Below are positions 1-7,989 of a DNA stretch of 45,882 bases, one piece after another. A program made the translations under genes and the position numbers. Each line of letters opens with the position of its first letter. Positions within the stretch are counted from its first letter, which is position 1. Below the pieces are notes generated by a model. It was not told the origin of the DNA. It worked only from the letters and a program-made list of their open reading frames with translations, and did no database searches. This DNA comes from Clostridiales bacterium (GTDB lineage Bacteria > Bacillota > Clostridia > Clostridiales > Caloramatoraceae): assembly GCA_029240935.1 (NCBI GenBank), contig JARDZI010000001.1, positions 1-45,882 of the forward strand, given 5' to 3'.

Positions 1-971
1 TTGTGAGGCTGAAAATGACCTTCAATATTCTTAAAGGAAGCAATCCTGTCTATAGCGTATTCTATTTCAATCCCTATGGAATGGACTGCTGCTATTGCAG
101 CAAGGGCATTGAGCACGTTAAACTCACCTAGGGCTGGAATAAAAGCATGGTAGTTTTTGCTATCGTATTGAAAAGTAAAATCCTCTCCAGCATCTGTGTT
201 ATTAACATTAAGAACTCTAAAATCCGAGTCTTTTGAAAATCCAAAATAAATTATTTCCCCTTTGTATTTATCAAGTTGGATTTTTTTTATATTCTTATCA
301 TCATTATTTAGAATAATTGTTCCATCATTATCAAGCCCCTCTAAAAATTCAGCCTTAGCTTTTATATAGCTCTCAGGAGTCCTGCAGCCTTCAATATGGT
401 CAATACCAATGTTGGTTATAATTCCTACCTGTGGTTTGAGAAACTTACAAGCCTTTAGAAGGCTCCCAGGGCAGTAGACAGGCATTTCAAATACTCCCGC
501 TTCAATTTTATTATCCATTCTTAATAAATATTTTAGGTTTGAACTTAAGGAGTTCTTGCTTCTATAAGTGGAATTAACCTTATATTTTTCTGATAAAATA
601 TGAGCAATCATTTCCTTTGTAGTTGTCTTTCCGTTTGTCCCAGTGACACCAATCACTGGAATTGAAAAAAATCCTCTGTAATATTCAACAAATTTCAAGA
701 AGGCTTCCTCAACATCTCTAACTTTAATTAGAGTTATGCTGTCATCCAGCTGGCCAGGCTTTGGGATAATGGAAGAAACTATAGCCGAAAATGGATACAT
801 TTGGTTCTTCTTCAACTTATCAAAACTATGATTATCCATGTTAAAAAACAAAGTCCCCCTCTTCATTACCCCTGGTACAGTTATTATATGACCTATTTTC
901 AAATTGTCAGGTCCCTGAAGCAACACGCCGCCTATGAGTTCAATAATGTCGATTAAGTTAATACTTTTCAT
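1..971 (-). CDS. Mur ligase family protein, MurF-like paralogue (N-terminal ~323 aa; C-terminus lies beyond the window start)
   Basis: Minus-strand open frame runs from ATG at 969-971 (GGGGGA RBS about 6 nt upstream) to the window edge. It is absent from the ORF track because it has no in-window stop. My translation: MKSINLIDIIELIGGVL..., P-loop VIGVTGTNGKTTTKEM, VGIITNIGIDHIEG, ILNNDD, GEFNVLNALAAIAAVHSIG. This is the ordered motif set of MurE/MurF-type ATP-dependent amide ligases. The usual MurF DSR motif was not seen. Confidence 0.75.
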   Translation of the reverse strand, partial: MKSINLIDIIELIGGVLLQGPDNLKIGHIITVPGVMKRGTLFFNMDNHSFDKLKKNQMYPFSAIVSSIIPKPGQLDDSITLIKVRDVEEAFLKFVEYYRGFFSIPVIGVTGTNGKTTTKEMIAHILSEKYKVNSTYRSKNSLSSNLKYLLRMDNKIEAGVFEMPVYCPGSLLKACKFLKPQVGIITNIGIDHIEGCRTPESYIKAKAEFLEGLDNDGTIILNNDDKNIKKIQLDKYKGEIIYFGFSKDSDFRVLNVNNTDAGEDFTFQYDSKNYHAFIPALGEFNVLNALAAIAAVHSIGIEIEYAIDRIASFKNIEGHFQPH

Positions 972-1071
972 TTTAATCCCCCTGACTTTTCTATCCTGAT
1001 TTATTATATGGTTGATTGGCAATAAATGATATAAAATGACATAAATTACTTTTGAAAAGACTTTATTTATC

Positions 1072-1099
1072 ACTTGTATAAAGTAAATAACATATAATA
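1072..1099 (+). promoter_or_regulatory. Possible mother-cell sigma-K-like promoter (AC-N17-CATATAATA) upstream of the first yheD-like gene
   Basis: AC at 1072-1073, a 17-nt spacer, and CATATAATA at 1091-1099 fit AC-N16/17-CATAnnnTA. Such matches are frequent by chance in AT-rich DNA. Confidence 0.2.
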
Positions 1100-1168
1100 T
1101 AGCGGGAAAGAAAGTAATAAAGTGTTCAAAGAATTTTTCAATGAGTATCATCAGGAGGTGAAGATACA

Positions 1169-2557
1169 TTGACAAACTGGGTTAAAATATTTTATGTTGA
1201 ATCTGAATTCAATAGAGTTTGCTTCCTAACCATAGAACAGTTGAGGCATTATGAATTAAGCAAACAAACAGAATATCTTTCATTTAGTGCAGGATCAAAA
1301 GAGGTATCTCTTCGGGTTGTAGTAACCAACAAAAAAACTAATGTTAATGAATTATATTTCTCTGAAGATGTAATGAATATGCTTTATATACCTCCAGAAA
1401 ATGTTTTGCAGCTTAAAAAAATTGATGATGATTACTTTGAGTTAGGTCCACTGATCGGAATTTTTGTAAGCTCTAAGAAAATTGCTGCCATGTGTGAAGG
1501 AAAAGAGGATGAAGTATACGAAATGCTTGCTGATACCTGCAAAGGGCTCCATGGATTATGCTGCTTTTTTTCAATAGGAGATATTGACTGGAAGAATAGA
1601 TTGGTGAAGGCTATGCTGTGGGGAAATAACAGATATTCCAGTCACATTATGCCTTTGCCAATGGTAATATATGACCGGTGTTTTGGAAGCTATGGGCGCA
1701 ACAAAGGAATGGAATTTAGGAAAAAACTTGGCAGTGATTATCGTGTAGTTAATTCTGTGCCAAAGCTTGGGAAATGGGAAACGATTAAAGCTCTGAGCAA
1801 AAACCCAGGATTAATTGAAGCAATACCTGAAACAATTTTATATCATTCCTATACTGACGTTGAAAGGGCACTCCAAAAAATAAAAAGCGTTTATGTTAAA
1901 CCTGATATGCTGTATAAGGGTAAGGGAATTTATAAGGTAAGTCGATGCAATGAGAAGATGTATAAGGTTGAGTCAAGGACAGAGACAGATAATGTAAAAG
2001 TTCATTTGCCAGATCTTAAAGGGTTGGATGAAATGTTAAGTTTATACTCTGCCCGTGGAGGGGGTTATTTAATCCAAAATGAAATTAATAAGGCCTCCTA
2101 CAGAGGATATCCATTTGACTTTAGGCTTTTGTACCAGAAAAACTGGCAGGGGCTCTGGAAACCAAGTGGGATATCTGTGCGAATGGGAGCTCCTGGAAGC
2201 ATTATTACAAGCCCTAGAAGCGGAGGAGCTGTTGAGGAACTGTCAAATGTTCTAAAAGAGGTATTTAATGAAGATGTGGATACTAAAAATGGTTTATATA
2301 AGAAAGTAATTGATATAGGAAGAGAGGCGGCAGAAGCTATAGATAGGGAATTCGGAGACTGTGTTGAGCTTGGCCTTGATATGACAATAGATGTAGAGGG
2401 GAAGGTATGGATTATAGAGATAAACGGGAAACCCTTAAAAGTAAGCATAAAATGGTTAAACAATCCACAGATGTTAGCTCGCTGCTATAAGCGTCCTGTT
2501 GAGTATGCGGTGTATCTCACCGGCTTTGAATCTTCGGATACAGAGCTAGGAGGGTAA
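1169..2557 (+). CDS. YheC/YheD-family ATP-grasp ligase, long form with ~95-aa N-terminal extra domain
   Basis: TTG start 8 nt after AGGAGGTG. Motifs PFDFRLLYQKN, SVRMGAPGSIITSPRSGG and GKVWIIEINGKP (E-x-N) are typical of the YheC/D ATP-grasp family (spore-coat-associated in Bacillus). Confidence 0.75.
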   Translation: MTNWVKIFYVESEFNRVCFLTIEQLRHYELSKQTEYLSFSAGSKEVSLRVVVTNKKTNVNELYFSEDVMNMLYIPPENVLQLKKIDDDYFELGPLIGIFVSSKKIAAMCEGKEDEVYEMLADTCKGLHGLCCFFSIGDIDWKNRLVKAMLWGNNRYSSHIMPLPMVIYDRCFGSYGRNKGMEFRKKLGSDYRVVNSVPKLGKWETIKALSKNPGLIEAIPETILYHSYTDVERALQKIKSVYVKPDMLYKGKGIYKVSRCNEKMYKVESRTETDNVKVHLPDLKGLDEMLSLYSARGGGYLIQNEINKASYRGYPFDFRLLYQKNWQGLWKPSGISVRMGAPGSIITSPRSGGAVEELSNVLKEVFNEDVDTKNGLYKKVIDIGREAAEAIDREFGDCVELGLDMTIDVEGKVWIIEINGKPLKVSIKWLNNPQMLARCYKRPVEYAVYLTGFESSDTELGG

Positions 2558-2561
2558 ATAA

Positions 2562-3677
2562 ATGAAAATAGGTGTGTATTTCAATGCAAATACTTTTAAA
2601 AGAGTAAGGTCGGGAGTAATCTTTAATGAATTAAAATATTTAGTTCAAGAAGGAATTCCTGAAGGAGTAGAGATTTTTGTTTTTTCTCCAAAGAATATAA
2701 GCTGGTGGAACCAAAAAATTAGAGGGTTAGGTTATGATGTTGACGAAAAAAAATGGAAACCAGAAATATTGGACTTTCCTGATGCAGTATATGACAGAGC
2801 AACTTTTCCTGAAAAGGAGAAGGAAATAGGTCATGAAGTAAGAAAACGGTTAAAAGAAGAATATAACATTATATTTCTGAACAGCAAGCACTACTTTGAC
2901 AAATGGGAAACCCACAAGAGCTTATCACTTTACCCAGAATTAAGAAGTTTCCTGCTTCCCACTGAAATATATAGCCATCCATTCATACTAGAAAAGTTTT
3001 TAAATAAATATAAAACTGTATATATTAAGGACTCTGCAGGAAGGCTAGGTCGTAATATTTTTAAGATTCAGAAGGAAGATAGTGGCCTGTATATTGGGTT
3101 TATTCAGAAGGAGGGAGAAATTTATCATAACAGGCTGGACCTTGAAAGCTTAAATGATAGAATTACTAATAATGAGCTTGAGGGAAAGACCCTTATAATC
3201 CAAAAAGGAGTGGAACTTGCAAGGTTCCAGGATAAACCCTTTGATATAAGGATTTTAGTTCAGAAAAACGGCAGTGGGAAATGGGAGGTAGTTGATAAAT
3301 CCATACGGGTTGCAGTTAGTAAGGATAGTGTTGTAACAAATATAAGTGCTGGAGGGGAAGCAAAAAAATTTAGAGAAGTGGTACCAGTGGTCTTTCCTAG
3401 ACTTGAAGATGATATTGAAAAGCAAATAAACACTATGTCTATTAGTATATGTAAATGCCTTGAAAAAAAATATGGTCCCCTTGGTGAATTGGGGATAGAT
3501 GCTGCATTGGATGATAAGGGAAAAGTATGGCTTTTAGAGGTAAATGGGAAGCCTGCAAAATCATGTGTTCATTATTCCAATGATCTTGAATTGATTCATA
3601 CTGCTTATAGCAATATTATTAAATATTTTAAATATCTAGCAACAGGCTCAACACAAAAAAATATGATTGATGAATAA
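2562..3677 (+). CDS. YheC/YheD-family ATP-grasp ligase, short form
   Basis: ATG 7 nt after GGAGGG, 4 nt after the upstream stop (operonic). Motifs PFDIRILVQKN, VTNISAGGE, GKVWLLEVNGKP. Paralogue of 1169-2557 without the N-terminal domain. Confidence 0.75.
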   Translation: MKIGVYFNANTFKRVRSGVIFNELKYLVQEGIPEGVEIFVFSPKNISWWNQKIRGLGYDVDEKKWKPEILDFPDAVYDRATFPEKEKEIGHEVRKRLKEEYNIIFLNSKHYFDKWETHKSLSLYPELRSFLLPTEIYSHPFILEKFLNKYKTVYIKDSAGRLGRNIFKIQKEDSGLYIGFIQKEGEIYHNRLDLESLNDRITNNELEGKTLIIQKGVELARFQDKPFDIRILVQKNGSGKWEVVDKSIRVAVSKDSVVTNISAGGEAKKFREVVPVVFPRLEDDIEKQINTMSISICKCLEKKYGPLGELGIDAALDDKGKVWLLEVNGKPAKSCVHYSNDLELIHTAYSNIIKYFKYLATGSTQKNMIDE

Positions 3678-3703
3678 ATTTTATTTTTTAGGTATGTCAT
3701 AAT

Positions 3704-3833
3704 ATGAAACTCCCCAAATTCAGCCTACTGTAGGGGCGAAAGGTGTTCACCCGATTTGGGCATAATCAATTAAAGGCTGATCGGGATTGTTGGTACGCCA
3801 CGGGCGAACACTGTTCGCTCCTACAAGTTTCAT
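3704..3833. repeat. Family-B structured repeat, copy 1 (~130 bp, ATGAAAC...GTTTCAT ends)
   Basis: About 92% identical by eye to 8950-9080. Contains two copies in inverted orientation of GTAGGGGCGAACAnTGTTCGCCC, plus complementary CCCCAAAT/ATTTGGG and TCAGCC/GGCTGA segments. Confidence 0.85.
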
Positions 3834-3901
3834 GATTTTTTGTGTTGTGCAACCGCGTGGTGGTTAATATGAAAGTCAATGCCAATTCAACGCCAAAGGC
3901 G

Positions 3902-3973
3902 TTGTCATCCTGAACATTGTGAAGGATCTTCTGTGATGCCTATTAAGCTCCTTCACAATGTTCAGGATGACAA
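3902..3973. repeat. Family-C palindrome (TTGTCATCCTGAACnnnGTGAAGGA arms), copy 1
   Basis: Near-perfect 25-nt arms TTGTCATCCTGAACATTGTGAAGGA / TCCTTCACAATGTTCAGGATGACAA around a loop of about 20 nt. It creates the false N-terminus MFRMT of ORF 3958. Confidence 0.85.
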
Positions 3974-4044
3974 TGTTGGATTCAGGAGGTTCAAACCATG
4001 CTAAAGGATCTGACTATCTCATATTAATGACGGGGGTATTGAAA

Positions 4045-5454
4045 ATGAAAAAAGAAATCCTCAAAATTGTTCCAAATTCTTTATCCACCTCAGATAATCA
4101 GCAAACTGTATATCTTTCTGCCTACTGGATGGAACATCTCAAGTTAAAGGAGAACTCCATGTATACACTGATATGTAGTATAAATAGTTTGCCTGTTAAA
4201 ATAAAAAAGATGCCGGTTAAGGATATCAGCAACAACATTCTATGGCTTAGTCCGGATATTTTCGAAAAAATTTTAATACCTGAGGGAATAACATTGGAAG
4301 TAATTTTTACAGAGAAAGTAATTAGAATTGGACCCATAATTGCCCTATTAACTGAGAATAAATTCCTGAAGGATTATTTAAATGGAACAAAGTGTGTTGA
4401 GAAATACGATCTATATGCAGATGCAGCTGAGAATGCTTCAGCACTTATTTATGTATTCAGCTTAAGGAATCTAAACTCCAAGGATAAATATATAAATGGA
4501 TATATACCTAAAAAAGATGAAAATAATAAATGGACATGGCACAAACGCCTCCTTCCAATGCCTGATGCAATTTGCAACAGAATGGCAACTGCAGCTACCA
4601 GCCCCGCATATGAAAGAATAAAGCTCATAGAAGAAATTGTACCGAATATTAAAATTGTCAACAGGGTTACAAAGATTAGTAAATGGACAATTGCTGAGAT
4701 CCTTCAAAGGGATTTGGTTGCTAAAAAGTATATACCTGAAACCCACCTGCTAAGAGGATCTGGGGATATAATTAATATGCTGGAGAAATATCCTGTAGCT
4801 TATTTGAAACCGGTAAGAAGAAGCCTGGGACTTGGCATTATAAAGATGGAGAAAAATACTGAAGGTAATTATACTGCTTATTATAATGTTAACCGATTTA
4901 ATCTTAAAATTAATGGTGATGTGAATTACATTCTAGCTGAGCTAAGTGAAATCATGGGAAAAAGGAGATACATTGTGCAGCAGGGTATTCCTGTGGCACT
5001 TTATAGAGGTGAAATCTTTGATTTAAGGGTCACTATACAGAAAAATGGTATTGGAGAATGGTCATTTTCTCGTTGGTCAGCAAGGGTTGCAGGCCCTGGT
5101 AATATTGTTTCTAATGTGGCAGCTGGAGGAAAAGGTGTTCCTGCTAAAAGAATTCTAAGAGAAATTTTTGGTGATAGGTTTCAGGGGATTAAAGATGAAG
5201 TTAAAAAGGCAGGGCTTATTATAGCAGAAGCCTTGGATAGAAGGCTGATTAGCATAGGGGACTTGGGTTTGGATATAGGAATCGATTTGAATGAGAATAT
5301 TTATTTATTTGAAGCAAATTTTAGAGCTATCCGACCAAGTAATATAAATTCAAAGGATAAAGAGGCCTGGAGAAGGACGTATCATACATCTATTTATTAC
5401 CTCAGATATTTATATGATGTTGAAATTGAGAAAAAATATAATCCGCAGCTTTAA
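4045..5454 (+). CDS. YheC/YheD-family ATP-grasp ligase, long form (third paralogue)
   Basis: I place the start at ATG 4045 (MKKEILKI..., GGGGG RBS 9 nt upstream) rather than the ORF-track 3958, whose first 29 codons read through a palindromic repeat. Motifs IFDLRVTIQKN, VSNVAAGGKG, IYLFEANFRA (E-x-N retained). Confidence 0.7.
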   Translation: MKKEILKIVPNSLSTSDNQQTVYLSAYWMEHLKLKENSMYTLICSINSLPVKIKKMPVKDISNNILWLSPDIFEKILIPEGITLEVIFTEKVIRIGPIIALLTENKFLKDYLNGTKCVEKYDLYADAAENASALIYVFSLRNLNSKDKYINGYIPKKDENNKWTWHKRLLPMPDAICNRMATAATSPAYERIKLIEEIVPNIKIVNRVTKISKWTIAEILQRDLVAKKYIPETHLLRGSGDIINMLEKYPVAYLKPVRRSLGLGIIKMEKNTEGNYTAYYNVNRFNLKINGDVNYILAELSEIMGKRRYIVQQGIPVALYRGEIFDLRVTIQKNGIGEWSFSRWSARVAGPGNIVSNVAAGGKGVPAKRILREIFGDRFQGIKDEVKKAGLIIAEALDRRLISIGDLGLDIGIDLNENIYLFEANFRAIRPSNINSKDKEAWRRTYHTSIYYLRYLYDVEIEKKYNPQL

Positions 5455-5465
5455 GCCTGCGGATT
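5440..5465. terminator. Bidirectional hairpin terminator between convergent ATP-grasp and aminomutase genes
   Basis: AATCCGCAG-CTTTAAG-CCTGCGGATT, a 9-bp stem flanked by A-rich and T-rich tracts. It overlaps the stop at 5452-5454. Confidence 0.6.
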
Positions 5466-5477
5466 ATATTTTTCTTT

Positions 5478-6737
5478 TTACAATATTGACTTAAGGTCTT
5501 TTGTGCTGTGGTTAGGATAATCAAAGCACCTGCCTTCCCAGGTACGAATTTTTATATAATCCTTGCCTCTTGATATTAAGTATTGAGGCAGAATCGGTGT
5601 TTTCCCATAACCATTTGGGGCGTTGATGACATATGTGGGAATTGCCATTCCTGAGGTATATCCTCTTAAATATTCCATAATCTCAATTCCATCATCTACT
5701 GAGGTATTAAAATGTGTAGTGCCCATAACATATTTTGCGTGAAATATATAATAGGGTCTTACCTTGCATTTAAGCAATTCCTGGTTTAATAGTCGCATTA
5801 TATATTTATCATTATTAATTCCGTTTAAAAGTACTGCCTGATTACCAAGAGGAATTCCTATATTTGCAAGTTTTTCACAGGCCTCTTTAGATTCCTTTGT
5901 TATTTCCAGAGGATGGTTAAACTGAGTGTTAATATAAAGAGGTGAATATTTCTTCAATACATTTAACAGTTCTTCTGTGATTCTTTGAGGCATATTTACC
6001 AGCACTCTTGTGCCGATTCTTATCAACTCCACTGATGGTATAGCATGAATCTCATGAAGCAGCCAGTCGATTTCTGAATCTGGCAGAGTTAGAGGATCTC
6101 CTCCTGTAATTAGCACATCACGTATTTCGGGATTGTTTTTAATGTATTCAATTGATTCAACAAGAACCGACCTGGTTTGGTGTAAATCTGTTGTGCCGAT
6201 GTTTCTCCTTCTCTGACAGTGCCTGCAGTATGAAGAACAAACATTAGTTACGTTGATAATAAGTCTATCAGGATATCTCCTGGTTATTGCACCTGCTGGA
6301 TTAGTGTATTCTTCTGACATGGGGTCCATGCAGCCATATTGGCTCATTTCTGCTAGAACAGGGACTGACTGCAGCTTTACAGGGTTAAATTTGTCATCAT
6401 CAATAAGAGAGAGATAATAGGGAGAAATAGCCCATCTATATCTTTGCTGCACTTTTTTTATGTTCTCAATCTCAAAATCCTTCAGGTCAATGATTTTTGA
6501 TAAAAGTTCTACATCCCATATCTTGTTTTTAATCTGCCATTTCCAATCATTCCAATCTTTTTCCCTAGCATTAAGGATTGAAAGTATTTTTTCTTTTTTT
6601 TGTTGTATTTTCTCTTGTTGAAGATTGGACAGACCTCTTGGTATTGAATCTTTAATAACTAAATACTCTTCAATCTTCTTTTTTAACTCATCAGCCCTTT
6701 CTATTGCTATATTTCTAGGATTTTCCTCCTGTGTCAT
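5478..6737 (-). CDS. eam: KamA-family radical-SAM/PLP aminomutase with glutamate 2,3-aminomutase signature
   Basis: CSSYCRHCQRRR (CxxxCxxC at C167/C171/C174) and PLP-lysine context NGYGKTP (K379). By alignment from memory to C. subterminale lysine 2,3-aminomutase, D293 corresponds to K335 (YIFHAK, codon 5733-5735) and D330 to N372 (VINAP, codon 5622-5624). This is the Lys/Asn pair reported for glutamate 2,3-aminomutase. Confidence 0.7.
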   Translation of the reverse strand: MTQEENPRNIAIERADELKKKIEEYLVIKDSIPRGLSNLQQEKIQQKKEKILSILNAREKDWNDWKWQIKNKIWDVELLSKIIDLKDFEIENIKKVQQRYRWAISPYYLSLIDDDKFNPVKLQSVPVLAEMSQYGCMDPMSEEYTNPAGAITRRYPDRLIINVTNVCSSYCRHCQRRRNIGTTDLHQTRSVLVESIEYIKNNPEIRDVLITGGDPLTLPDSEIDWLLHEIHAIPSVELIRIGTRVLVNMPQRITEELLNVLKKYSPLYINTQFNHPLEITKESKEACEKLANIGIPLGNQAVLLNGINNDKYIMRLLNQELLKCKVRPYYIFHAKYVMGTTHFNTSVDDGIEIMEYLRGYTSGMAIPTYVINAPNGYGKTPILPQYLISRGKDYIKIRTWEGRCFDYPNHSTKDLKSIL

Positions 6738-7048
6738 AATAGCTCCTCCTTTATGAATAGAGTTCGATTTTCTAAATAAATGAATACAAGTAATTCTATT
6801 GCCATAGACTATTTTTCACTATATATTATGAAATTGTGTCATATTATGAAACTATGCCTGTAAATTAAAATTTAGATTCTATTCAATATGCTATTATTAT
6901 TCATTTTTACAATAAATCTCTAATATTTTGCCATTACTTCATTTTTTCTGTTCCCTAATTGCATAATCCAGCATATTTTATATTAAAGCTAAGAATAATG
7001 TAGAATATAATTTCTATTATAATTTTTTTTGTTAAGGAGGATGCATCT

Positions 7049-7828
7049 ATGGAATCAAATTTTGGAAACAAACCAATTGAAAAGCCTAACTTCCCAAGTC
7101 GCAGCTGTGAATGTAAAGGTGAGGTAAAAGAATCACAAACATTGTGCGAATGTGAAAATTATCCAAATCCCTATCCAGGGTATGCAAAAATACCAATTGT
7201 TCTAGGTGAGTTTACAGTACAAATTGATGTGGAATCAAAAATAAAACTTGATGAACCTGCAATTGAAATCAAACGAATAAGAAAAAATGTTTTTTTAACT
7301 CAATGTAGGCTTATTCCCGGAACAAACAAATTATTCCTTGAAGGCTATGTTAGAAAAAATATTGAATATGCTACAAAGGATGGAAGTAAAAAAGATGTTA
7401 TTTGTGGAGATATCAAACATACAACTGTTAAGGTTCCATTTAAATGTGTTACAAAGGTATGTTTCAACAATTATCCAAAACTATTCTCATCTCCTGTTCC
7501 AAATGAAGTAGAATACTTCGACAAGAAAGCAATGGGGAAAGACATGAAAGAACAGGATATTATTAGTACAGAGTTTTTCAATGAAAAAGTTTTTTGCGAA
7601 TTGGAAAAAGCACATATTTATGAAGCAGATATTGTAGAAGATTATGATAAAATCGAATGTCATCCTAATGAATTTTTATTCTCCTACTTTATTGAAAAGG
7701 AAGTAATTTATCTAACAATCAAATTATTACAGAAGCAACAAGCATATCATTTCCCTAACGATAAATCATGCGAACCGGAGCTTTCTTCAGATGAAAGAAA
7801 AAATATGGTGAAAGTAAAATATGAATAG
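7049..7828 (+). CDS. Cys-rich hypothetical protein, SPOCS/DUF3794-like beta-strand core; putative spore coat/exosporium-associated
   Basis: Strong RBS AAGGAGG. Core EPAIEIKRIRKNVFLTQCRLIPGTNKLFLEGYVRKNIEYA resembles the repeat pattern of DUF3794 (SipL/SpoVID-type) domains. N-terminus is CECKG...CECENYPNPYPGY. Paralogue of 7990-8907. Confidence 0.4.
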   Translation: MESNFGNKPIEKPNFPSRSCECKGEVKESQTLCECENYPNPYPGYAKIPIVLGEFTVQIDVESKIKLDEPAIEIKRIRKNVFLTQCRLIPGTNKLFLEGYVRKNIEYATKDGSKKDVICGDIKHTTVKVPFKCVTKVCFNNYPKLFSSPVPNEVEYFDKKAMGKDMKEQDIISTEFFNEKVFCELEKAHIYEADIVEDYDKIECHPNEFLFSYFIEKEVIYLTIKLLQKQQAYHFPNDKSCEPELSSDERKNMVKVKYE

Positions 7829-7839
7829 GTTTCCCTTTT

Positions 7840-7868
7840 GCCGGTGTCTATTGCACCGGCTATTTTTA
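7840..7868 (+). terminator. Intrinsic terminator after the first coat-like gene
   Basis: GCCGGTG-TCTATTG-CACCGGC followed by TATTTTTAT. Confidence 0.7.
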
Positions 7869-7989
7869 TATTACTTTGCTTTTGTTGCAAGAGGTGATGT
7901 TTCTGCATATTATATTTTATATACACTTTTAATTTTATGGAGAATTATTATAGATATTGTATTATTAATAGTAATAGGAGGTTAATAGT

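Noticed and set aside
3958-4044. N-terminal 29 codons of ORF-track entry 3958..5454 (MFRMTMLDSGGSNHAKGSDYLILMTGVLK)
   Set aside because: These codons read out of the right arm of the family-C palindrome (3902-3973) and have no RBS. ATG 4045 has a GGGGG RBS and gives an N-terminus (MKKEILKIVPNS...) comparable in length to paralogue 1.
5478-6737. Calling this gene lysine 2,3-aminomutase (kamA/ablA) or an EF-P beta-lysylation enzyme (epmB)
   Set aside because: - The two Asp residues that bind the lysine epsilon-amino group are replaced by Lys and Asn.
- No kamDE, kdd, ablB or epmA/efp genes are adjacent.
6824-6853. Direct repeat ATATTATGAAA(T/C)T x2 in the eam/coat-gene intergenic region as a regulator binding site
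   Set aside because: It consists of only two short AT-rich copies. The second also resembles the left flank and end of the family-B element (TGTCATATTATGAAACT), so it may be a repeat remnant. The evidence is not enough to call a regulatory site.
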